Assembly (NCBI RefSeq): GCF_963967315.1
Contig: NZ_OZ017288.1
Coordinates: forward strand, 60,001-92,000
Reading direction: 5' to 3'
DNA length: 32,000 nt
Origin: Candidatus Minimicrobia sp. QA0096
GTDB lineage: Bacteria > Patescibacteriota > Saccharimonadia > Saccharimonadales > Saccharimonadaceae
A model generated the notes under the pieces. That model ran no database searches. It was given only the letters and a program-made list of their open reading frames with translations, and was not told the DNA's origin. This document shows positions 6,127 to 14,466 of this stretch, piece by piece (within the stretch, counting starts at the first letter, position 1; every line of letters begins with the position of its first letter). The translations under genes were made by a program, and so were the position numbers.

Positions 6127-7560
6127 TTAAGCGAGCTTTTCGGCGTTCTTGGCCTGCTTGTAGGCTTTGGTGACTGGTGCCAGACCGCGCGCAACGCGTT
6201 CACGATTGGCTTTTAATTGTTTTTCGTCACGGAAAGACATTTTAATCGGCGTTCCCGCAAAATTGAAAGCTTCACGTAAAGTTCGCTCCAGATAACGTTT
6301 GTAGCTCCAGTGGACAAATTTCAGATTACTGCCGTAGATAACAAACCACGGCGGAGCAACGTCCGTCTGGACAATGTAGCGCAGTTTCGGGTGTGAATTT
6401 TTCAGACCAGCTGGCGGATGTGCGGCGATGGCTTTCTGTAAAATGTCGTTTAAGGCACGAGTTTTACATTCTTGGCGTCGGCGTTTATAAATATCAAGCG
6501 CTAGGTCGAATAACTTAGCTACATTCTGCCCAGTGACAGAAGAGGTGAATATTAACGGCGCGTACGGCGTGAACTTGAAGTTATAGCTGATTTGTGGGGC
6601 GATTTCGTCGTGCGTGTAAGCGTCCTTACCTTCGACGGAATCCCACTTGCTGACAACCAGAACCAGTCCCTTGCCCGCCTCGTCAATAATTCCAGCTAGG
6701 CGCTGATCCAATTGAACGTTAAGCTCATTGACGTCCATAAGAAGCAGACAAACGTCGGCTTCGTTGATGGCTTGCATTGTGCGAAGAACTGAGAACTTTT
6801 CAATTCCCGTTTCCTGCTTTCCTTGGCGGCGAATTCCAGCGGTGTCGAGCAATTCAATCGTCTGACCGTGATAACGAACTTGAACGCGGTTTACGTCGCG
6901 AGTTGTGCCGGCGACGTTGGCGACAATGGCTTGCTGCTTGCCAGCTAAGGTATTGAATAGATTACTTTTGCCGACGTTTGGTCGACCAATTAGTGCAACG
7001 CGAATGATGTCGTCAGGTGCAGTTTCGGTGGCTGGCGGAATAAGTTCGGCAATGCTGTCAAGAAGCTCCGAAATGCCAATGCTGTGCTCGGCGGAAGTTT
7101 TTATGATGTTTTTAATGCCGAGTCGTTTGAATTCGTCGATAGAAAGAGAGCCTTTTAAGTCTGCTTTATTGGCTATTAGAATGACTGGCTTACCGCTTTT
7201 TAGGGCTTTTTTGGCCAATTGTCGATCAGCGTCGGAAGGATATGCAGAGGAGTCGACGGTTACGAGTATTACATCAGCGGCGGCGGAGGCGTCAGCGATT
7301 TGGTCCTGAATGGTCGCCTCGAATTCGTCCTCGGCAGTCTTAAGTCCGGCCGTGTCGATGAGCCAAAATTGCGAATAGTCATCTGACGGCGTAGAGTCGA
7401 CGTTACGTCGTTTGTATGAGACTTTACCAACAACGTTGTCGCGAGTTGTTCCAGCTTCCCTGGCGACGATGGCCGTGCGAGAGCGCGTCAAGCGATTAAA
7501 TAGTGAGCTTTTGCCGACGTTGGCTTGTCCGATGATAGCGACTGTTGGTAATTTAGACAT
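6127..7560 (-). CDS. der: ribosome-associated GTPase Der/EngA
   Basis: 477 aa with two tandem GTPase domains (GQANVGKSSLFNRL and GRPNVGKSNLFNTL) plus a C-terminal KH-like domain. Confidence 0.95.
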   Translation of the reverse strand: MSKLPTVAIIGQANVGKSSLFNRLTRSRTAIVAREAGTTRDNVVGKVSYKRRNVDSTPSDDYSQFWLIDTAGLKTAEDEFEATIQDQIADASAAADVILVTVDSSAYPSDADRQLAKKALKSGKPVILIANKADLKGSLSIDEFKRLGIKNIIKTSAEHSIGISELLDSIAELIPPATETAPDDIIRVALIGRPNVGKSNLFNTLAGKQQAIVANVAGTTRDVNRVQVRYHGQTIELLDTAGIRRQGKQETGIEKFSVLRTMQAINEADVCLLLMDVNELNVQLDQRLAGIIDEAGKGLVLVVSKWDSVEGKDAYTHDEIAPQISYNFKFTPYAPLIFTSSVTGQNVAKLFDLALDIYKRRRQECKTRALNDILQKAIAAHPPAGLKNSHPKLRYIVQTDVAPPWFVIYGSNLKFVHWSYKRYLERTLREAFNFAGTPIKMSFRDEKQLKANRERVARGLAPVTKAYKQAKNAEKLA

Positions 7561-7562
7561 GA

Positions 7563-8087
7563 TTATATATTATAGCAGTTTTCGGGCATTTTGGCTACTA
7601 CACTGTTTATGTAAGCCTCGCACGGACGAATTATTTTTAGGAAATCCGTAAAATAATGCGGGTTATTTTCTATTGTTAACTTCTCAGGTTCGGCTACGAC
7701 GAGTGTACATTCTCTGCTGTCGCTATTATATTCTCTGGCGTAATTATGGATGTATACCTTTGGAGATTCTTCGTTAATTGGATTTTGGTAAAGTGTTATG
7801 TAGCAATTTTCTTCGGGGTTATTTATGCAGTAGTAAACGTTATTGTTGTCGTCTTTGAACGCTACAGATATGGGATATTCAAATTTCGTAGTATGTTTCT
7901 CAACCTCTTTAATAAGTTCGATGTAAGCGTAGATTTGGTTTTCTAGGAATTTTGGTAAAATGTCGGACTTATCATTCTCATAGAACAGTTTTTCTATGGT
8001 ATCCGATCTTTCTTCCTTAAGGTTACGTATGACTGCTCTTAGTTTTTCTGAGGGCAAAGGTTCAGATTCGCGCCCTAGCGTTTCCAT
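7563..8087 (-). CDS. hypothetical protein (174 aa, AT-rich orphan)
   Basis: Long intact ORF in a stretch of about 35% G+C, where stop codons should be frequent. It has a helical acidic N-half and a Cys/Asn/Tyr-rich C-half. I recognise no family. Confidence 0.6.
   Translation of the reverse strand: METLGRESEPLPSEKLRAVIRNLKEERSDTIEKLFYENDKSDILPKFLENQIYAYIELIKEVEKHTTKFEYPISVAFKDDNNNVYYCINNPEENCYITLYQNPINEESPKVYIHNYAREYNSDSRECTLVVAEPEKLTIENNPHYFTDFLKIIRPCEAYINSVVAKMPENCYNI
7569..7577 (-). promoter_or_regulatory. extended -10 (TGCTATAAT) 8 nt upstream of the der ATG
   Basis: The - strand TGCTATAAT at 7577-7569 is embedded in the last codons of the upstream ORF. No Shine-Dalgarno sequence is present. 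Confidence 0.45.
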
Positions 8088-8126
8088 TTTGCAATTACAC
8101 TTTCTATCAAATTTAGCACAAAAGCT

Positions 8127-8155
8127 ATATTACAATATTTACCGTAAAATGTAAA
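8127..8155 (-). promoter_or_regulatory. promoter-like TTTACA-17 nt-TAATAT
   Basis: The -35 lies at 8155-8150 and the -10 at 8132-8127. This predicts a ~33-nt leader for the 8087 gene. Confidence 0.4.
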
Positions 8156-8170
8156 GAGCCTCGGAGTAAA

Positions 8171-8878
8171 TTATGAATTCGTGAATTTCTCTTCTCGCCA
8201 TTCGCCTCTCTTGAGGTCACCGAGCGAATAATTGCCGAAGTTTGTTCTGTGGAGTTTTTTAACAGTGTAGCCTAACGCATCGAAAGTTCGCCGAATTTGA
8301 CGATTCCTTCCCTCGCTCATTTCCACTATCCAGCGATAATCATCGCCTTCGTGTTGTCTTTCTAGTGTCAATTGACTGCGTCCGTCAGGAAGCTGCACGC
8401 CAAAATCATTGATCATTTGGCGATGTAGAGGTTGCAATGGCTGGTCAATTGTAATAAGATATCGCTTAATCTTATAAAACGACGGATGCGTCATGCTGTG
8501 GGCAAAATCGCCGTCGTTCGTCATGAGAATCAGTCCGGAGCTGTCTTTATCCAGGCGACCAACAGGTTTTAAGTGGTGAAGGTTTTTTGGTAGCAATTTG
8601 TAGATTGTCGGAACGCCACCCTGAGAGGCGCGCGAACATAAGTATCCTGTTGGTTTATGTAGGATAATGAGCTGTTTGGATTGTAATTCTAGCAATTTGC
8701 CGTTGTAGGAGATTTTATTATTGCCAGAAATTTGTTGACCCAATCTGGCGGGATGACCGTCAATAGCTATTTTTCCCTTCTCTATCAATTCGTCGGCTTT
8801 CCGCCTGGAAATACCCAAGCACAGCGCTACAAATTTATTGAGGCGCCAAGATTCTTGCTTTGTGTCTGAGTTTGTCAT
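8171..8878 (-). CDS. rRNA pseudouridine synthase, RsuA/RluB family
   Basis: 235 aa with an N-terminal S4 domain and the catalytic-Asp motif GRLDKDSSGLILMTNDG. Its start overlaps the stop of the upstream response regulator as ATGA (8878-8875). Confidence 0.9.
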   Translation of the reverse strand: MTNSDTKQESWRLNKFVALCLGISRRKADELIEKGKIAIDGHPARLGQQISGNNKISYNGKLLELQSKQLIILHKPTGYLCSRASQGGVPTIYKLLPKNLHHLKPVGRLDKDSSGLILMTNDGDFAHSMTHPSFYKIKRYLITIDQPLQPLHRQMINDFGVQLPDGRSQLTLERQHEGDDYRWIVEMSEGRNRQIRRTFDALGYTVKKLHRTNFGNYSLGDLKRGEWREEKFTNS

Positions 8879-9888
8879 TGTTGCGGATTTATCGGTGGGA
8901 ATTGTGGTGACTGAGTTTCTGACGATTGATGTGGAATGATTTGCTCTTGAGATTGTGCTTGGACTGGAGGCATTGAGCTAACTTGCTCAATAGGATCTGG
9001 CGTCGGTTGTGGTGCTGGAATTGACTGCGGTGTTAGAGTTTGTGTTGGTTGAATTTCTGCAGTCGGTTTAGAAACTGTCTGTGTATTATCCAATTCTTCT
9101 GCCATAAGCTTGGAAATGTCTACCGAATTCTGGGAATCGTCAGCAGGCAAAGGTTGAATAATGCGGTCACCAAGTCCCGAAGGTCGCGGCGCGGGCGATG
9201 AAAATGGCGCCATAGGTTGCGGTAGGGTCGTTGGTTGTTGCTGAGGCGTCGGGATCGGTTGCGGCGCTGGAGTCTGCGCTGGTTGAGGTAGCGGCTGTGG
9301 TGCTGGCGCGAATGCTTGCTGTGGTTGTTGCTGCATAAGTGGATTTACTACAGGAGCTGTTGGTGCTGCAACGGGGGCAGCTGGTTGTGGTGACAATGAA
9401 GAGATGTCAGGTCTAGTAACTGACTGCAGTGCCGCTGGAGTTGGTTGAGACGTTGGAGCTACTGGCTCATATGTATGAGCTGGCTGTGAAACCGGCACTG
9501 GATTTGTGCCGACTCCTGGAAGATCACCCAAGGTTTCGTGAACCGCTCTCACGACGTCCTCTATTCCCACCTGAGATTTCACCAAGTATTTATCAGCACC
9601 AAGTTGCTCACCGCGTTTTCGCTGATCTTCTGATGACAGTGCGGTCATGATAATCACCTTAACGTCTTTTGTTTCTGTCGTCGAGCGTAAAATGTCCAAC
9701 ATATCAAATCCGGAAATTTTCGGCATCATCACGTCGCTTAAAATTAATCGCGGACGTTCTTTAATTGCCATGGCTAGAGCTTCTTCGCCGTCGCCCGCCG
9801 AAACGATATCGTAGCCCTCCGCCAAAAGTCGTACACCGTAAATCTCGCGTAAACTTTTGTCGTCCTCAACCAATAAAATTTTTGTCAT
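8875..9888 (-). CDS. response regulator: receiver domain plus ~215-aa P/Q-rich tail, no recognisable output domain
   Basis: The N-terminal ~120 aa form a CheY-like receiver (LLVEDD, ILSDVMMP, IIMTALS, KYLVKS). The rest is almost entirely P/Q/T/A/S low complexity. Confidence 0.85.
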   Translation of the reverse strand: MTKILLVEDDKSLREIYGVRLLAEGYDIVSAGDGEEALAMAIKERPRLILSDVMMPKISGFDMLDILRSTTETKDVKVIIMTALSSEDQRKRGEQLGADKYLVKSQVGIEDVVRAVHETLGDLPGVGTNPVPVSQPAHTYEPVAPTSQPTPAALQSVTRPDISSLSPQPAAPVAAPTAPVVNPLMQQQPQQAFAPAPQPLPQPAQTPAPQPIPTPQQQPTTLPQPMAPFSSPAPRPSGLGDRIIQPLPADDSQNSVDISKLMAEELDNTQTVSKPTAEIQPTQTLTPQSIPAPQPTPDPIEQVSSMPPVQAQSQEQIIPHQSSETQSPQFPPINPQQ

Positions 9889-9915
9889 ATGTTTATACTA
9901 TACTGAAGTTTTGAC

Positions 9916-9937
9916 AAAAAATCCATAGTTCTTATGG
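9916..9937 (-). terminator. weak hairpin plus T6 between the kinase and regulator genes (possible attenuator)
   Basis: On the - strand, ccata-agaac-tatgg (9937-9923) is followed by ATTTTTT (9922-9916). The stem is only 5 bp. Confidence 0.25.
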
Positions 9938-9940
9938 CTA

Positions 9941-11932
9941 TTATTCGCGACCAGGAATTGATAGATGCTGGCGTTTTCGTCGCAATTCTTCCTCAATTTC
10001 AGCCAGCGTTGGCTCGGAAGAATTTCTGGCTGGTTGTGGAATTTCTGGCTGGACTGCTGTAGTCGTCGGGACTGCGGGTGTGGCTGGATCTGGATTCTCT
10101 GGAGTTGCGATTGCGGCTGGATCTGAATCGACAATTTCGCTATTATTTTCAATTGCGACATCTTCCGTCTTCTCTTCTGTGGCAATTTCAATTTTTTTTG
10201 AAGCCAGAGAATCTGGATTTTTATCTTCGGGCTTTTCAACTTCCGCAGATTCCAAACGTTGTTTTGCGTCCGAACTGCTCATACGAGGAATTTCCAGATA
10301 GAAAGTACTTCCCTCTTTATATTTGCTTTCAACTCGCAAGTTTCCAGACATCGCCTCGGCCAAGCGGCGACTCAAATATAGCCCCAAGCCAGTTCCGCCG
10401 ATTTCTCGCGTGTCAGAATTGTCCACCCGATAAAATTTCTGGAATAAATGCGGAATATCTTCGGCTGGAATGCCAATGCCGCTATCTTTTACGCTTACGG
10501 AAATCTGCTTATCGTCGCCGGTAATATTGATGACAACTTCGCCCGATGGCGTGTATTTGATGGCATTTTCAATCAGATTGCTAACGACTTCCCTAAAATG
10601 GTCAGGATCAATATTGGCATAAAAAATCGGTTGCAGCGACTTCTCCTTACCCTCATCAATTATGTCTGGCATAAAGATGTAATTGAGCTGCTTTTCGCTA
10701 GCTTTTGTCGCTAAACCATCAAAAATATCCTTCAAAAATTCGTTTACGTTGATGATTTTCGGGTTGTTTTTCATTCGCCCGTCTTCAACTTTGCTGATAT
10801 CGAGAAGATCTTGGAACAATCGTCCCAGATGTTGCGCCGATTCGTGAGCCTTGGTGATGAAGTCGCGGGCTTTCTCGTCGATGTGAGCGGTGGCTGGATT
10901 TAACGCCAGACCCAAATAGCCCTCAATTGACGCAACTGGCGTACGCATCTCGTGGCTGGCGGTGGAGATGAACTCGGCTTGCTCGCGTTCCTCGGCTTTT
11001 TCTTTGGTGATGTCGCGGAAAACTACGATAACTCCTTCGCCCTCAGTGCCAACTGGAGAGCTGACGATTGACACTAAAATGCGTTTTTCAGAGCTGGTTA
11101 ATAGGAATAATTTATCGTTATGAGTTGGTTGGTTTTTTGATAAGGATTGGGCTATTGGATTTTCGAGGTCCTCTACGTCTTTTCCGTCTGAGGTGACGAG
11201 TTTTAAGACGCTTTTCCAGTTGAGTCCGAGTGCGTCGCCTTGGTCCCAGCCGATGATTTGTTGGGCGGATGGATTTATCAGTTCGATGTTACCGTCTTTA
11301 GAAATAGCTAGAACGCCGTCGTCGATGGCATTAATCACCACATCAGACTTACTTTCAACCGCGGAAAGTCTATTCTCTAAGCTGGATGTGTTGTTGTCAG
11401 TTTTTTGGCGGCGAATCCATAAAACAAGGCTGAAAATCAAAGGCAAAAATCCGAAGAATAGGTAGCCGATGATGAATTGTATATTTATTCCCTGTTGAAC
11501 GCTGGTAGCTATAATCTGTAAAATAACCAAAAGCCCCATTATTCCTAAGATTATTGCGCCGAAAAATCCTGCGAAAATTGCCACGATAATCCACATAACC
11601 AGGAATGGTGAAACGACTCCGCCGCTGGTAATTATGGTGGTTGTGGCGACAGTGACGGTTAACAAATATACGAAAATTCCAATACCAGTTTCGTGTTTTC
11701 TGGGAAGCCAAAAGCATAAAATCAGCACAATTAAGCTGCCGATTCCTGCCACGCCAGCCGCCAAATCTGAGACAGATAATCCGATTGGCAATTGATAACC
11801 GGTCGGTATAAATCGCGCCCATGCATATAAAAGAATGATCGTGAAACAGCTCAGTAATGCCACTTCACACAACCGTCTTAACCAAAATCTGGAAATTGCG
11901 TGAGGCTTAAAGTAAATCCCGCCCTTTTTCAT
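9941..11932 (-). CDS. sensor histidine kinase (multi-TM, PAS, HisKA, HATPase)
   Basis: 663 aa with ~6 N-terminal TM helices and a PAS-like segment. It has the H-box STASHEMRTPV and the boxes NLIENAIKYT, DSGIGI and GGTGLGL. A ~110-aa acidic/Pro-rich C-terminal tail follows. Confidence 0.9.
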   Translation of the reverse strand: MKKGGIYFKPHAISRFWLRRLCEVALLSCFTIILLYAWARFIPTGYQLPIGLSVSDLAAGVAGIGSLIVLILCFWLPRKHETGIGIFVYLLTVTVATTTIITSGGVVSPFLVMWIIVAIFAGFFGAIILGIMGLLVILQIIATSVQQGINIQFIIGYLFFGFLPLIFSLVLWIRRQKTDNNTSSLENRLSAVESKSDVVINAIDDGVLAISKDGNIELINPSAQQIIGWDQGDALGLNWKSVLKLVTSDGKDVEDLENPIAQSLSKNQPTHNDKLFLLTSSEKRILVSIVSSPVGTEGEGVIVVFRDITKEKAEEREQAEFISTASHEMRTPVASIEGYLGLALNPATAHIDEKARDFITKAHESAQHLGRLFQDLLDISKVEDGRMKNNPKIINVNEFLKDIFDGLATKASEKQLNYIFMPDIIDEGKEKSLQPIFYANIDPDHFREVVSNLIENAIKYTPSGEVVINITGDDKQISVSVKDSGIGIPAEDIPHLFQKFYRVDNSDTREIGGTGLGLYLSRRLAEAMSGNLRVESKYKEGSTFYLEIPRMSSSDAKQRLESAEVEKPEDKNPDSLASKKIEIATEEKTEDVAIENNSEIVDSDPAAIATPENPDPATPAVPTTTAVQPEIPQPARNSSEPTLAEIEEELRRKRQHLSIPGRE

Positions 11933-11938
11933 AGTTTT

Positions 11939-11967
11939 ATTATGGCGAATTTTCAGAAAAATCTCAA
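11939..11967 (-). promoter_or_regulatory. promoter TTGAGA-17 nt-CATAAT, 6 nt from ATG 11932
   Basis: The -35 lies at 11967-11962 and the -10 at 11944-11939. The spacer to the start codon is 6 nt and there is no Shine-Dalgarno sequence. Confidence 0.5.
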
Positions 11968-12028
11968 GTGATAAATATGACGTAGAGGTTGTATGGATGC
12001 GGAAAAGTAGACAAGCCTCCCCTTTTCG

Positions 12029-12037
12029 TGGTATAAT
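12029..12037 (+). promoter_or_regulatory. extended -10 (TGGTATAAT) for tRNA-Glu
   Basis: It lies 12 nt upstream of the tRNA 5' end. A TAGACA -35-like element lies at 12008-12013, with an 18-nt spacer. Confidence 0.5.
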
Positions 12038-12049
12038 CTATGGAGTTAC

Positions 12050-12124
12050 GGCCCTATCGTCTAGCGGTTAGGACACCAGGTTCTCATCCTGGCAACCCGG
12101 GTTCGATTCCCGGTGGGGTCACCA
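12050..12124 (+). tRNA. tRNA-Glu (anticodon CUC)
   Basis: 75-nt cloverleaf. The acceptor stem pairs ggcccta with tggggtc. The anticodon arm is ccagg-ttCTCat-cctgg, with CTC at 12083-12085. The T arm is cccgg-gttcgattc-ccgg, and the CCA is encoded. Confidence 0.95.
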
Positions 12125-12141
12125 AAAATAGTTAACTTATT

Positions 12142-12170
12142 AAAAAACATCTACATGAAGGTGTTTTTTT
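12142..12170 (+). terminator. rho-independent terminator after tRNA-Glu
   Basis: The stem pairs aaaaaacatct with aggtgtttttt around the loop acatga, and ends in T7 (12164-12170). Confidence 0.6.
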
Positions 12171-12268
12171 AATTTGTGAAGTAGTATGCTTCAATTCTCA
12201 ATATTCTTCAGCTTTTCGTATATACACATACTACAAACCGTACGTAGATGGTCTAGTCTAGGGGCGGC

Positions 12269-12808
12269 CTAGAGTTCATAAAGTAACAAATCCACCTCGT
12301 CCCATTCCTCAACCACTGCGGTTAAAGTATACATAGCGATGGTTTTGGCGTTGTCGTATATTTGTTTTGATGTAAGATTCTTTAAATCTCTCAAGTTAAA
12401 GAGGCTGATGTTGTTGGATTCGCCGCTAGCTATATCATGTGTCGGATTTTCCGAAGTAATAAACGCATAACTTATGTCCGTGTGATAATGCCCGCCACCA
12501 GCAGGATATGTGTGAATCGCGATCGGTTGAGGATGCAGTTTCACTCCAGGCAATGAAGCAAGTCTATTGTAACTCGGCTGTAACAACCTCAGCTGGTTTT
12601 TGTCGTAGCCAGATTCTTCGACTATTTCCCGTAAGACCGCTTGCCACGGTGTCTCGTCCAGCTCGACATGCCCACCAAACTGCAATAACTTGTTTAGCTT
12701 GCGGTGCTTATGTAAAATAATCCGAGGTTCAGCACCCTCTGTTATTTTCACGATATATCCGCTAACACATATATCGTGCTGGCCAGGCTGGTTGTGTATA
12801 TGAGGCAT
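12269..12808 (-). CDS. Nudix hydrolase
   Basis: 179 aa with a perfect Nudix box, GHVELDETPWQAVLREIVEESGY (GX5EX7REUXEEXGU). Confidence 0.85.
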   Translation of the reverse strand: MPHIHNQPGQHDICVSGYIVKITEGAEPRIILHKHRKLNKLLQFGGHVELDETPWQAVLREIVEESGYDKNQLRLLQPSYNRLASLPGVKLHPQPIAIHTYPAGGGHYHTDISYAFITSENPTHDIASGESNNISLFNLRDLKNLTSKQIYDNAKTIAMYTLTAVVEEWDEVDLLLYEL

Positions 12809-12815
12809 ACTATAA

Positions 12816-12844
12816 ATTTTACTTTAATTGTGGTGTGTGGTCAA
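12816..12844 (-). promoter_or_regulatory. promoter TTGACC-17 nt-TAAAAT, 7 nt from ATG 12808
   Basis: The -35 lies at 12844-12839 and the -10 at 12821-12816. This is a leaderless-type arrangement. Confidence 0.5.
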
Positions 12845-13033
12845 AAGGATGCGCAAGGGTAACCTTCAGGGTGAGTAGGTTATAAATTGCGCTGCATGTG
12901 AGACGCCGTGGGAGTCCATAGAAGGACACTTTTTATTATTCTACGTTGATTTTCCTGGGCGAATACGACCTTGATAGGTTTGTACGAGCTGTATAATTGG
13001 GCGGTACGTGAAGTGAATGTGTATATGGACTTA

Positions 13034-13525
13034 TCACTTGAGCATGCTTCTAGCAAAACTCCTTACTGAGTCAAATGTGTCATATTCATCTATTAAACTC
13101 TTCCTTGTCACCCATCTAACATCGTGAACTTCCTTATACTGTGCGGTAATCTTGTCGGAATCATCAGCCTCAAGAGCAAATACCATATCAAGATGGATAT
13201 GTTCAACATCTTTCTTGCTTTTTGGTATAATTTGATACATCAAAGCGTACGGTCGTGGAATTTGCGCCTCTTTTATACCTTTTAGGGCTAGATCGTTTTC
13301 ATCATCTTTTATCGGTATGGCCATTACGCCAGTTTCCTCGTAAACTTCGCGTATAGCTGCCTCATGCGGAACTTCGTTGTCTTCAATATGACCACCAGGG
13401 GGCAGCCACTTATTTAAGCCTTTATGATGGATAAGTAGCATTTTGGTACGGTTTTTATTAACAGTATATCCTGTTGCGGTAAAATGTTTTTTATGATCTT
13501 TAGTATTTTTGAAAATTGCTTTCAT
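13034..13525 (-). CDS. Nudix hydrolase (divergent paralog of 12269-12808)
   Basis: 163 aa with the Nudix box GHIEDNEVPHEAAIREVYEETGV. The layout around the box matches its neighbour (H-x-T-x-x-GY...HK.LNK.L.xGGH). A GGAGG Shine-Dalgarno sequence lies about 10 nt upstream. Confidence 0.85.
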   Translation of the reverse strand: MKAIFKNTKDHKKHFTATGYTVNKNRTKMLLIHHKGLNKWLPPGGHIEDNEVPHEAAIREVYEETGVMAIPIKDDENDLALKGIKEAQIPRPYALMYQIIPKSKKDVEHIHLDMVFALEADDSDKITAQYKEVHDVRWVTRKSLIDEYDTFDSVRSFARSMLK

Positions 13526-13630
13526 TATACGTTTGCCTCCATACTTTTTACTGATTTGACTATTAACGCTAAGTCGTCGCTCGTTAAACCTTCGTGTACT
13601 ATGGGCCAGTTAAGTGATTTTTTATTGATT

Positions 13631-14365
13631 TCAGCCATCTAGATAATTTTCCCAAATTTCCTGTAAGTCCCTGCTAAACCCCGGCAAAAGCTGCTCGTTT
13701 TCGGCGCGGTTTTTGATAAATTCGTAGTATTTTCGCTCTTTTTCGTGGATGTCGCCCGCAAAAAATAGCTTTAGAATTTCATCATTGCCTTGTATGTCTA
13801 GCTCTTTATATATACTGTGCGGTGAGTTACTCGCCGCGTGTGCATTCGCCAGCTGCTCAATAAAGCCGCGGTAGCATTTGTACGCCTGCCAATTTTCGCC
13901 GCGACGGCGGTGCTTGATGTAGCGCAACGAGCCCATCATCACGTCGAAATAATCGTGCTCGGCGCGTGGTTCTGTCCATTTTTTGAATTCAATGTTAGGC
14001 TTCTGTGGTTTGTTGTTTTTTAAAATGAGTCTAGAGTTTGGAAAAAACTTGACCTCACTAGGTAGCGAAAACCCAATGTCAATTTTATGAAACGGGCTCA
14101 TACCGCTCAGACAAAAAGTTCGGGCAATTTCATGTTCATCATTCTTGATCGTGTAGACCGCGCTCAAGCCAAATTTATCCGCCAAACTTTTACGAGCGTA
14201 GGCTTCGGCGGCGGCTGGGTGCGGCGAGGTAGCGGTTAAGTCAATGTCAGAAAGTTCATCGCTCTTTTCTGTTGCTCGTGAGCCAAAAAGATGCAGTTCG
14301 GAAATGTGGGGGTTGTCGGTAAGCGCTTTTATAACTTCATCTAAAGATGTATGGCTATCTCTCAT
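13631..14365 (-). CDS. Pol-beta-superfamily nucleotidyltransferase, ANT(6)/aminoglycoside adenylyltransferase-like
   Basis: 244 aa with the NTase motif LFGSRATEKSDELSDIDL (GS-x10-DxD). The KIDIGFSLP strand and the helical C-terminal half (EPRAEHDYFD...) resemble my memory of ANT(6)/AadK. The substrate is unknown. Confidence 0.65.
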   Translation of the reverse strand: MRDSHTSLDEVIKALTDNPHISELHLFGSRATEKSDELSDIDLTATSPHPAAAEAYARKSLADKFGLSAVYTIKNDEHEIARTFCLSGMSPFHKIDIGFSLPSEVKFFPNSRLILKNNKPQKPNIEFKKWTEPRAEHDYFDVMMGSLRYIKHRRRGENWQAYKCYRGFIEQLANAHAASNSPHSIYKELDIQGNDEILKLFFAGDIHEKERKYYEFIKNRAENEQLLPGFSRDLQEIWENYLDG

Positions 14366-14466
14366 AGACCCTCTCTAACGTAATAGCCTCTCAGTTTGCT
14401 TAAATAAGCTACTATCTGAGCTCTGATGCCACTAACCTCGTGTCCGATGCCGATCGTTGCTCTCAT
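14362..14466 (-). CDS. candidate small ORF (34 aa) translationally coupled to the nucleotidyltransferase
   Basis: My own translation is MRATIGIGHEVSGIRAQIVAYLSKLRGYYVREGL. AGGAG lies 8 nt upstream of its ATG (14466). Its TGA overlaps the NTase ATG as ATGA (14365-14362). Confidence 0.25.
   Translation of the reverse strand: MRATIGIGHEVSGIRAQIVAYLSKLRGYYVREGL

Noticed and set aside
6016-6216. A 66-aa +strand ORF starting at TTG 6016.
   Set aside because: It overlaps the 3' end of der on the opposite strand, has a non-ATG start with no signals, and lies within the predicted minus-strand leader.
8890-9520. Quasi-periodic ggttg/ggtgctgg nucleotide repeats, considered as a tandem repeat or CRISPR-like array.
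   Set aside because: The repeats are irregular, have no spacer structure, and lie in frame within the response-regulator ORF. They are simply the coding image of PxQP-type low complexity.
12125-12268. A direct repeat of a tRNA 3' end (att-like site) that would delimit an integrated island at tRNA-Glu or tRNA-Leu.
   Set aside because: I found no copy of the 3' ~15-20 nt of either tRNA elsewhere in the window, and no integrase is present. The island status of these segments therefore remains inference from content only.
12971-12997. A +strand promoter TTGATA...TATAAT between the Nudix genes.
   Set aside because: The spacer is only 15 nt and the TG abuts the -10 without the usual intervening base. 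It is unlikely to be a strong promoter, so I mention it only in a low-interest finding.
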